This document shows, one piece after another, positions 56,424-64,000 of a stretch of DNA of 64,000 nucleotides. Source of the stretch: an uncultured Amylibacter sp. (lineage in GTDB: Bacteria; Pseudomonadota; Alphaproteobacteria; Rhodobacterales; Rhodobacteraceae); contig CAXXWA010000036.1 in NCBI GenBank assembly GCA_963662815.2, positions 16,701-80,700 of the forward strand, given 5' to 3'. A model generated the notes under the pieces. The model was not told where the DNA came from. It worked only from the letters and a program-made list of their open reading frames with translations, and searched no databases. Position numbers and translations under genes: made by a program. Numbering within the stretch: position 1 is the stretch's first letter; each line of letters begins with the position of its first letter.

Positions 56424-57262
56424 TCACGGGAAGGAGCATACCGGTTGCGGGAGTTGTCGGCTGGCCCATCGCTCACAGCCGCTCGCCGCAGATTCACGGT
56501 TACTGGCTGGCGCGATACGGGTTGCACGGGCACTACGTGCCTCTCGGAATCGCGCCTGACGACTTTGATGCCGCGTTCCCGGCGCTTGCGAAACTTGGAT
56601 TTTCCGGTGTGAACGTAACCATTCCACACAAGGAACGCGTTCTGAACCACGTTACCAGCCGCAGCGATGCCGTGGAAAAGACCGGCGCCGCGAACACCAT
56701 TGTCTTTCATCAGGATGGGTCGGTGCACGCGGACAACACGGATGGAGCCGGTTTTCTCATGAACGCGAAGTCATGCGCACCGGAGTGGTCTGCAGGAGCT
56801 GGGCCTGCACTTGTACTTGGCGCCGGCGGCGCGGCGCGGGCTGTTGTCACTGCGCTTCTCTCCGATGGTGCCGGAGAAATCCTCCTGGCCAACAGAACGC
56901 GCTCCCGGGCCGAAGCGCTATGCGGCGACTTCGGGCCACCGGTCGCCTGCATCGACTGGGATCGCGCGGGGGATCGCTTTCCGGACGCGGCGACGATCGT
57001 GAACACAACGTCTCTCGGCATGATGGATCAGCCCCAGCTGCCATTCCGATTCCGGCCGGAGAGCAGCTCCGCCGTGGTGATCGACATCGTGTACAACCCG
57101 CTTTTGACCGATTTCCTGAAGACGGCGCGAGAAAACGGAAACAAGATTGTCGACGGGCTCGGCATGCTGCTGCACCAGGCCGTGCCGGGTTTCGAGGCGT
57201 GGTTCGGAGTAAGGCCGGAAGTCGACGCCGAGCTCAGGAAGGCCGTGCAGGCGGAGATCTGA
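56420..57262 (+). CDS. aroE: shikimate dehydrogenase
   Basis: 280 aa with IAHSRSPQIHGYW, GVNVTIPHK and LGAGGAARAV. Confidence 0.92.
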   Translation: MITGRSIPVAGVVGWPIAHSRSPQIHGYWLARYGLHGHYVPLGIAPDDFDAAFPALAKLGFSGVNVTIPHKERVLNHVTSRSDAVEKTGAANTIVFHQDGSVHADNTDGAGFLMNAKSCAPEWSAGAGPALVLGAGGAARAVVTALLSDGAGEILLANRTRSRAEALCGDFGPPVACIDWDRAGDRFPDAATIVNTTSLGMMDQPQLPFRFRPESSSAVVIDIVYNPLLTDFLKTARENGNKIVDGLGMLLHQAVPGFEAWFGVRPEVDAELRKAVQAEI

Positions 57263-57921
57263 TGGGACCCTTCTACATTCTTGGCCTGACAGGGGGGATC
57301 GGGTCGGGAAAGTCAACGACGGCCGCGTTCTTCCGAGAAGCCGGGATCCCCGTCTGGGATGCGGACGAGGCCGTTGAGCGGCTCTACGCAAGCGAAGGCG
57401 CCGCTGTCCGGGGCATGTCGAGGCTGGTTCCGGCCGCGACGGAACAGGGATTTGTCGACAGGGAAATTCTTCGCGCCGAAATTCGCCGGCGTCCTTCCAT
57501 TCTCGCGAAGATCGAGGAAGTCATTCATCCCCTGGTCAGCGCCGACAGGACGGCCTTCTTCGATCGAGCAGGGGCAGAAGGGCATTGCATCGTGGTCTGC
57601 GACGTGCCTCTGCTGTTCGAGACGGCCGGCGAAGCGTGGTGCGACGGGGTGCTTGTTGTGACAGCGCCGCTCGAGGTGCGCAGGTCGCGAGTACTGGCGC
57701 GGGAGGGAATGACGGAGGCCATGTTCGAAGTCGTTCTCGAGCGGCAGATCAGCGAGCCGAAGCGTCTTGCGAAAGCGGATTTCGTCATCCATACCGAGAC
57801 CCTGGATAGTGCCCGATCCCGGGTCAAAGACCTCATCGGGGAACTGGCGGCGGGACTCGGGAAGGCCCGCAGCTCCACCTGGCGCTCGGAGACTTGCGGG
57901 ACGGAAGCCGGCGATGCGTGA
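57262..57921 (+). CDS. coaE: dephospho-CoA kinase
   Basis: ATG 57262 overlaps the aroE TGA. The protein begins MGPFYILGLTGGIGSGKST (P-loop). Confidence 0.9.
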   Translation: MGPFYILGLTGGIGSGKSTTAAFFREAGIPVWDADEAVERLYASEGAAVRGMSRLVPAATEQGFVDREILRAEIRRRPSILAKIEEVIHPLVSADRTAFFDRAGAEGHCIVVCDVPLLFETAGEAWCDGVLVVTAPLEVRRSRVLAREGMTEAMFEVVLERQISEPKRLAKADFVIHTETLDSARSRVKDLIGELAAGLGKARSSTWRSETCGTEAGDA

Positions 57922-58630
57922 AGTCGTGGTCGACACAGAAACCACCGGGATCGACCCCGCCGCCGGACACAGGATCGTGGAAGTCGGCTGCATCGAACTC
58001 AACAATCACCTTCCGACCGGACGCAGCTTCCACAGCTACTTCGATCCCGAGCGCGACATGCCGGCGGACGCATATGCAGTACATGGCCTGAGTTCGGAAT
58101 TTTTGGCCGGAAAACCGACGTTTGCCTCGGTGGCGGACCAGTTTCTGGACTTCATCGTCGATGCGGTCCTGGTCATTCACAATGCGCCTTTCGATATCGG
58201 CTTCCTCAACGCGGAACTCGAACGCGCCGGAAGGCGCGGCCTTTCGGATTTCCGTGTCAAGGACACTCTGGAGATGGCGAGGAACAGGCATCCGGGCGCG
58301 CAGAACTCTCTTGACGCCCTTTGCCGGCGTTTCGGAATCGACAATTCCGGCAGGTCGGAAGCGCATGGAGCCCTGATCGATTCCGAACTTCTTGCCGCAG
58401 TGTACCTCGAGCTGATCGGGGGACGGCAACCGGATCTGATCCCCGTTGCCGAAGCCGGAAACAGCGACATTGACGATTCAGGTCCGGATGACGCGGTACG
58501 AGAAGTTCGCGAACGACCAACCAGTCTTCCGGGGCGGCTGACGGAAGCCGAACTGGCGGCTCACAGGGAATTCGTCGCCAAACTCGGCAGGGACTCCATC
58601 TGGAAAGCGGTCTACGGCTATCCGGACTGA
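57914..58630 (+). CDS. dnaQ: DNA polymerase III epsilon subunit (3'-5' proofreading exonuclease)
   Basis: ATG 57914. It has MREVVVDTETTGIDP (Exo I), LVIHNAPFDIGFL (Exo II) and HGALIDSELLAAVY (Exo III). Confidence 0.93.
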   Translation: MREVVVDTETTGIDPAAGHRIVEVGCIELNNHLPTGRSFHSYFDPERDMPADAYAVHGLSSEFLAGKPTFASVADQFLDFIVDAVLVIHNAPFDIGFLNAELERAGRRGLSDFRVKDTLEMARNRHPGAQNSLDALCRRFGIDNSGRSEAHGALIDSELLAAVYLELIGGRQPDLIPVAEAGNSDIDDSGPDDAVREVRERPTSLPGRLTEAELAAHREFVAKLGRDSIWKAVYGYPD

Positions 58631-59130
58631 CCCTCGGCCTGCTGCCTGGCCTTCTGCCGCGCCAGTTCCGACTTGTACAGGCTGACGAAATCGACGTTGT
58701 CGATGTTCAGCGGCGGAAAGCCGCCGTCCGCCGTAAGGTCCCGCGCAATTCGGCGGACGAAGGGAAAGAGCAGCCTCGGACATTCCACAAGGAGCAGCGG
58801 GTGAAGGTGCGCATCCGGAACATTCGAAAGGACGAACTGGCCGGCGTAGTCGACTTCGAGAAGAAACACCGTAATGTCGCCGTCCCGGGCGGATGCGTTG
58901 AGTCTCAGGATCACCTCGTACCTGTTTTCCGACCGCTTGTTCGCTTCAACGTTGACCTGTACGGTCAACTCGGGCTTGACCTCCATGTTGACGTACTTCT
59001 GGGCCGCGACGTTTTCGAACGAAAGGTCGCGGATGTACTGGAGGGCCACGTCGATGCGAGGCGGTTGCGCATCGTCCGATGACTGCGAGTTTCCTGCGCC
59101 GTTCTTCTTTCCGGCCGTGTCAGTCGCCAT
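58618..59130 (-). CDS. secB: protein-export chaperone SecB
   Basis: 170 aa (QYIRDLSFEN...ECPRLLFPFVRRIARDLTADGGFPPLNIDNVDF). Confidence 0.92.
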   Translation of the reverse strand: MATDTAGKKNGAGNSQSSDDAQPPRIDVALQYIRDLSFENVAAQKYVNMEVKPELTVQVNVEANKRSENRYEVILRLNASARDGDITVFLLEVDYAGQFVLSNVPDAHLHPLLLVECPRLLFPFVRRIARDLTADGGFPPLNIDNVDFVSLYKSELARQKARQQAEGQSG

Positions 59131-59416
59131 GGATCAAGCCCCCTGTGCGTGCAAAGTGCCGTCAACCATGCTGAAGTTCCGGCATCCTTCGGGTGGATAG
59201 TGCAGCAAAGCGAGAACCCGTATCTGGATTCTCGTTTCCCCGCAGTCGTCTGGCCCTACATGACACGGGGAAAAGCGTCGTTGCAAGCAAAGGAATTCCA
59301 AGAAGCCGTCCGTCTCTGCGCCGCCGTCCGGAACCTTCACGGAATCCGCCGAAAGGAGCCCCGTGCGGTAAAGCGGCACATGGCAGGTTTCCGCGAACTT
59401 CGCATGCGCTCCGGAT

Positions 59417-59872
59417 CTACCTGTCCGCGGGATCCCGAACTTCGTCGTACTCGCCGTCGATGGTGTCGGACCTGCGCGACATGCCGCCCGTCGGCTCGGC
59501 GACTTCCTTTTCGATGATGACGGAATCGGCGAAGCGGTTCGACAGCCAGTTAAGAACGGCAATCCTGACAGGCGGCATCAGCAGCAGGAATCCCACGCCG
59601 TCGGTGAAGAATCCCGGGGTGAGCAACAGTAGGCCCGCAGCGAGAATGAAGGCGCCGTGGGCAATCGACTCTGCGGGATTGCCGTGTCCGGCCAGGGAAC
59701 GGCGAAGCCTGTTGATTTCCGACACGCCCTGCATCCGGACCAGGAAGGTTCCGACCACGGCGGTCAGCACGACGATCGCGAGGGTCGGCCAGAGGCCGGC
59801 GAGGCTGCCAATCTGAATGAACAGCGCGATCTCGAGGATCGGAACCGCGACAAATGGTACGAGTAGCCACAT
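59417..59872 (-). CDS. fxsA: FxsA-family cytoplasmic membrane protein
   Basis: The start is taken at ATG 59872 (MWLLVPFVAVPILEIALFIQIGS...LLLTPGFFTDGVGFLLLMPPVR). Confidence 0.85.
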   Translation of the reverse strand: MWLLVPFVAVPILEIALFIQIGSLAGLWPTLAIVVLTAVVGTFLVRMQGVSEINRLRRSLAGHGNPAESIAHGAFILAAGLLLLTPGFFTDGVGFLLLMPPVRIAVLNWLSNRFADSVIIEKEVAEPTGGMSRRSDTIDGEYDEVRDPADR

Positions 59873-59999
59873 GGGCGTTGCTCCGGCAGACTTGTCGGAC
59901 ATCATGCGCAGGTGGACATGATCCGGCAGGTGACATACATATGCCTGAGGACAACCAAACACAAATGATCCTCCGCGAATCCCGGGAAAGGATATCCTC

Positions 60000-60662
60000 A
60001 TGGGCTCAGGCTATTTTCAGCTTCTGATTCTGGCCGCCGTGGCCCTGTTCCTGATTCTCCGCCTCAGGAATGTCCTCGGCACGCGTGGCGGATTCGAGCC
60101 GCCGCTCGAACGCAAGCCGGTCGAAATGCACGCCGACGTCGCCGACCGGCAGGATGCGATCGACGGGCGAGTCGATCAGGACATCGCAGACCACGTGGAT
60201 CCCGACGGACCTACCGGAAGGGCGCTGGCCGAAATGAAGGTTGTGGAACCGGACTTTTCCGTGTCGGGTTTTCTCGAGGGCTCCAGACAGGCCTACGAAA
60301 TCATCCTCATTGCGTTCGAGGAGGACGATCTCGATACGCTTGAAAGTCTTCTGTCGGAAGACGTTTACGAAAGCTTCGAGGCGGTGGTGCTCGACCGGCA
60401 GGAAAAGGGGCTCACGGTGGAAGCGAGCTTCATCGGCGTCCGCGAAGCGAAGCTTTCGGACGTGCGCTTCGACAAGAAGACCGAAGAGGCAGAGATCACC
60501 GTCCGCTTCGTCGGCGAACTGACGTCTGTCGTGAAACTCCCCGATGGTTCGATCGTCGAGGGCGATCCGAACACCATCAAGCGGCAGCGGGATTCATGGA
60601 CATTCGCCCGGGTCATGGGCGACGAGGATCCGAACTGGATACTGGTGGCGACCGGGGAATAA
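60000..60662 (+). CDS. Tim44-like domain-containing membrane protein
   Basis: 220 aa. It has an N-terminal TM and a C-terminal Tim44-like fold (FLEGSRQAYEIILIAFEEDDLDTLESLLSEDVYESF...WTFAR). Confidence 0.8.
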   Translation: MGSGYFQLLILAAVALFLILRLRNVLGTRGGFEPPLERKPVEMHADVADRQDAIDGRVDQDIADHVDPDGPTGRALAEMKVVEPDFSVSGFLEGSRQAYEIILIAFEEDDLDTLESLLSEDVYESFEAVVLDRQEKGLTVEASFIGVREAKLSDVRFDKKTEEAEITVRFVGELTSVVKLPDGSIVEGDPNTIKRQRDSWTFARVMGDEDPNWILVATGE

Positions 60663-61238
60663 ATGGCCGGCCGGAGGAAGCGGATTCTCTCGGAGGGGGA
60701 ACTGGCGCTCTGGAAACTGGCCACAAGCGACGTGAGCCCGGCTGGGCGGTCATGCCAGGACGCCGGAGACTCGCGCGACATACGGGAAGAAACTCCGGCT
60801 GACGAAGTCGAGGCCGCCCGCGACGGGCGCGCGCGCCCGAACGGGTCGCGGCGTGCGCGGACGCCAACCGCTCCTCGGCCGTCCCCGCCAAACGTCTTCG
60901 ACCGGAAACTCTATAAGCGGCTTTCGACAGGCCGGGCCGTCGTGCATGCAAGACTCGACCTGCATGGCCACACCGCCGAGGCGGCGCACACGCACCTCGT
61001 TTCATTCGTCAGGGGGGCGCATGCATCGGGAAAGAGGACGCTCCTCGTTATCACCGGGAAGGGAAGAGGATCGGGCACAGATGAATTCAACCGGCCTCGC
61101 GACGGCGTTCTGCGGCGCAAGGTTCCCGAATGGCTTTCCGCGCCCGACCTGTCGCACATCGTCCTTGCGTTCGTGTCGGCTCACGACCGGCACGGCGGTT
61201 CGGGTGCCTACTATGTTTCGCTGCGGCGGCGGCGCTAG
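60663..61238 (+). CDS. Smr-domain protein (MutS2-related small endonuclease domain)
   Basis: 191 aa with a C-terminal Smr domain (LDLHGHTAEAAHTHLVSFV...LLVITGKG...GGSGAYYVSLR). Confidence 0.85.
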   Translation: MAGRRKRILSEGELALWKLATSDVSPAGRSCQDAGDSRDIREETPADEVEAARDGRARPNGSRRARTPTAPRPSPPNVFDRKLYKRLSTGRAVVHARLDLHGHTAEAAHTHLVSFVRGAHASGKRTLLVITGKGRGSGTDEFNRPRDGVLRRKVPEWLSAPDLSHIVLAFVSAHDRHGGSGAYYVSLRRRR

Positions 61239-61278
61239 AGACGATGCGCTGCCGGAATGTCTTCCCGCGCTCGGGGGT

Positions 61279-62586
61279 TCACAGGACGTAGCGAGAGAGG
61301 TCCGTCGATCTCGCCAGTTCGCCCAGGTTTTTCTCGACGAATCCGGCGTCGACGGTCACCTTCTGACCGGGCTGGTCGGGCGCGTCGAAACTGAGTTCCT
61401 CGAACACGCGTTCCATGACCGTATGCAGCCGTCTCGCACCGATGTTCTCGACGGAGCGGTTGACCTCCGCGGAGATCCGGGCAAGCGCCATGATGCCGTC
61501 TTCCGCGAACGCGACATCCACGTCCTCGGTCGCCATGAGCGCGCGGTACTGGCGGGTCAACGCGTTGTCCGTCTCCGTCAGTATGCGGACAAAGTCCTGT
61601 TCCGTGAGCGGCCGCAACTCGACGCGAATTGGCAGCCGGCCCTGCAGTTCCGGAAGGAGGTCTGAAGGCTTGACGACATGAAATGCGCCTGACGCGATGA
61701 AGAGGATGTGATCCGTCCTGACAGGGCCGTGTCTCGTCGAAACCGTTGTGCCCTCGATCAGGGGAAGAAGATCGCGCTGAACCCCCTCCCTGGACACTTC
61801 CGCACCCTGCACGCCGGACCGGGCGCACACTTTGTCGATTTCATCGAGAAATACGATCCCGCTGCTTTCCACGGACTGGATCGCCTCGGCAACCACGGTG
61901 TCGGAATCGACGAGCTTCTCAGCCTCCTCGTTCACGAGAACTGCGTAGGAATCCGCTACCGTAAGGCGGCGTTTCACGGTCCGGCCCTGAAACGCCTTGC
62001 CGAAGATCTCGCCGATGTTGACCATCCCCATGTTCACGCCCGGCTGACCGGGAATGTCGAGCATCTGAAGGGGATTCGACGAATCAGAAACATCGAGTTC
62101 GATTACCCGGTCGTCCAGCTCGTTCGCGCGCAGCTTCGCGCGGAACATCTCGCGCGTGGAATCGCGCGCGTCGGATCCCGCAAGGGCGTCGATGACACGG
62201 TCTTCGGCGGCAGCGCGGGCATCCGCCTCGACGTCCGCATGCATGCGTTCGCGCACCATGTGGATGGCGTTGTCCAGTAGATCGCGGACGATCTGGTCCA
62301 CGTCCCGGCCAACATATCCGACTTCGGTGAACTTCGTCGCCTCGACCTTCAGGAATGGCGCTCTCGCCAGCCTCGCCAGCCTTCTCGAGATTTCCGTCTT
62401 TCCCACGCCTGTGGGCCCGATCATCAGGATGTTCTTCGGATATACCTCTTCACGGATGTCGTCATCGAGTTGCCTTCGCCGCCATCGGTTCCTGAGCGCG
62501 ACGGCCACGGCGCGCTTCGCGTCCCTCTGGCCGATGATGAATCGGTCGAGTTCGGAAACGATTTCGCGCGGGGTCAGATTGGTCAT
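61279..62586 (-). CDS. hslU: ATP-dependent protease ATPase subunit HslU
   Basis: 435 aa with [20 protein letters not shown]..., Walker [11 protein letters not shown] and IVFLDEIDK. Confidence 0.97.
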   Translation of the reverse strand: MTNLTPREIVSELDRFIIGQRDAKRAVAVALRNRWRRRQLDDDIREEVYPKNILMIGPTGVGKTEISRRLARLARAPFLKVEATKFTEVGYVGRDVDQIVRDLLDNAIHMVRERMHADVEADARAAAEDRVIDALAGSDARDSTREMFRAKLRANELDDRVIELDVSDSSNPLQMLDIPGQPGVNMGMVNIGEIFGKAFQGRTVKRRLTVADSYAVLVNEEAEKLVDSDTVVAEAIQSVESSGIVFLDEIDKVCARSGVQGAEVSREGVQRDLLPLIEGTTVSTRHGPVRTDHILFIASGAFHVVKPSDLLPELQGRLPIRVELRPLTEQDFVRILTETDNALTRQYRALMATEDVDVAFAEDGIMALARISAEVNRSVENIGARRLHTVMERVFEELSFDAPDQPGQKVTVDAGFVEKNLGELARSTDLSRYVL

Positions 62587-62672
62587 TCAGGCATCCATCC
62601 TGGCAGCAACGCCGAACCGCGGCGATCCGTTTCTTCAGGGACGCGCGACCTCCAGGTCCGAGCCCCGTCGCG

Positions 62673-63248
62673 TCACGGAGATTCCTCGATCAGTTCGACC
62701 GTGATTTCCTCGTTCGTGTAGACGCAGATTTCGGCCGCGATCGCGAGCGCCGACCGGGCAATCGTTTCCGCGTCCGCGTCTCCGTCGATCATGGCGCGCG
62801 CCGCCGCCAGCGCGTAGTTGCCGCCCGAACCGATCGCCGCAACGCCGTGTTCCGGCTCCAGGACGTCGCCTGCGCCGGTGACCACGAGCAGGTCCCTTCC
62901 GTCGGTGACGATCAGCATCGCCTCGAGATTGCGGAGATACTTGTCCGTGCGCCAGTCCTTTGCCAGTTCGACCGCGGCACGCGCGAGTTGGCCCGGGCTA
63001 GCTTCCAGTTTGGCTTCAAGGCGTTCGAGAAGCGTGAAGGCGTCGGCGGTCGACCCGGCGAATCCGCAAATGACGTCCTGTCCGCCAGACTGGATGCGCC
63101 GCACCTTCCTTGCCGCGCTCTTGACGATTGTCTGGCCGAGACTCACCTGCCCGTCCCCGGCGACGACCACCTTGCCGCCCTTTCTGATGCCGATGACGGT
63201 GGTGCCGTGCCATTCGGCACGTTCCGGAGAGTGATGCACAGGCCGCAA
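62673..63248 (-). CDS. hslV: ATP-dependent protease subunit HslV
   Basis: It has [24 protein letters not shown] (the N-terminal Thr nucleophile region). The start is TTG 63248 or GTG 63239. Confidence 0.93.
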   Translation of the reverse strand: MRPVHHSPERAEWHGTTVIGIRKGGKVVVAGDGQVSLGQTIVKSAARKVRRIQSGGQDVICGFAGSTADAFTLLERLEAKLEASPGQLARAAVELAKDWRTDKYLRNLEAMLIVTDGRDLLVVTGAGDVLEPEHGVAAIGSGGNYALAAARAMIDGDADAETIARSALAIAAEICVYTNEEITVELIEESP

Positions 63249-63252
63249 GGGA

Positions 63253-64000
63253 CTACGCCAGGGTACGCTCGATTTCCTCGGACTCGAAGATCTCGATCAC
63301 GTCCCCCGCGCGTATGTCCTCGTAGTTCTCGAACGCCATCCCGCACTCCTGTCCGGCGACGACTTCCTTCACCTCGTCCTTGAAACGCTTGAGCGTCTTC
63401 AGCTTTCCTTCGTGGATGACGACGCTGTCTCGAAGCAGCCTGACGCCGGCGCTCCGGCGCGCCGTGCCTTCGTTCACGAAACAACCGGCAACCTTGCCCG
63501 TTTTCGAGATGGTGAAGACTTCCTTGATCGCGGCATAGCCGATGATGCTCTCGCGGACCTCGGCGGTGAGAAGTCCGGACGCCGTCGATTTGACATCGTC
63601 AATGAGGTCGTAGATCACGGAATAGTACCGGACTTCCACGCCCTTCTGGCCGGCCCTTTGCCTTGCTTGCGCATTCGTACGAACGTTGAAGCCGACAATG
63701 AAAGCGTCCGTCGCTTCCGCAAGAGTAATGTCGGTTTCGTTGATGGCGCCGACTCCCGAGTGGAGAATGCGCACGTTGACCTCTTCGTTTCCGATCTTGG
63801 AGATTGCCTGGCAGATGGCCTCGACGGACCCCTGGACATCGCCCTTTATCACGACCGGCAATTCCTTCGCCTCGGCGCCGGATCGCGCGCGGGCGAGGAG
63901 TTGTTCGATCGTCTGTCCGGAGCCTGCCGCGGATTTCTTGTCCTTGGCCAACTGGTTCCGGAAGGCGGCGATCCCCCGGGCTTCGGCCTCGCTCGACAGG
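63253..64000 (-). CDS. infB: translation initiation factor IF-2, C-terminal part (gene continues past the window end)
   Basis: The ORF is open to the window edge. It reads ...[63 protein letters not shown]...[25 protein letters not shown]...[22 protein letters not shown], which corresponds to IF-2 domains C1-C2. Confidence 0.9.
   Translation of the reverse strand, partial: LSSEAEARGIAAFRNQLAKDKKSAAGSGQTIEQLLARARSGAEAKELPVVIKGDVQGSVEAICQAISKIGNEEVNVRILHSGVGAINETDITLAEATDAFIVGFNVRTNAQARQRAGQKGVEVRYYSVIYDLIDDVKSTASGLLTAEVRESIIGYAAIKEVFTISKTGKVAGCFVNEGTARRSAGVRLLRDSVVIHEGKLKTLKRFKDEVKEVVAGQECGMAFENYEDIRAGDVIEIFESEEIERTLA

Overview
This is a high-G+C chromosomal segment of alphaproteobacterial type that covers the replication-origin neighbourhood. 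All calls come from reading the translations and the DNA by eye. No database search was possible. About 55 densely packed, mostly intact housekeeping genes fill the window. In order: gltB (5' part)-gltD, uppP and an NDUFA9-like SDR; a LacI-controlled cluster (ThDP enzyme, ribose-type ABC transporter, HisD paralogue); xthA, a TRAP transporter, tRNA-Leu(CAG) and a short RNase D-like exonuclease; lptC-lptA-lptB, hpf, ptsN, cysQ and alkB; dnaK-dnaJ, maeB, mutS and grpE-hrcA; rph-rdgB-hemW; parB-parA-rsmG-mnmG-mnmE-rho; an aromatic/aspartate aminotransferase, a second LacI gene, a HIBADH-type dehydrogenase and a TIM-barrel sugar isomerase; hemJ, maf-aroE-coaE-dnaQ, secB, fxsA, a Tim44-like gene, an Smr gene, hslUV and the 3' part of infB. 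Two non-ORF features stand out. A candidate oriC is an A+T-rich block with a DnaA-box cluster between hemJ and maf at about 55.35-55.82 kb. Three perfect 16-bp parS palindromes (TGTTTCACGTGAAACA) lie in and next to rsmG/mnmG. Four small accessory or decayed islets interrupt the core. (1) 14.6-15.65 kb holds IS30-like remnants arranged as long inverted repeats around an outer-membrane beta-barrel gene fragment. (2) 31.0-32.76 kb holds a two-gene toxin-antitoxin-like pair (unknown small protein + PIN), both frameshifted. (3) 46.9-49.7 kb is a lower-G+C islet with an ABC/AAA_21-type ATPase plus a DUF4276/Toprim-like gene; the ATPase is broken at a G5 run. (4) 52.1-53.0 kb holds a nonsense-mutated, truncated TRAP binding-protein gene abutting an IS5-family remnant. 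The split ATPase+Toprim-like module is my best candidate for an uncharacterised conflict system, although this copy looks inactivated. No CRISPR array, rRNA or prophage was seen.
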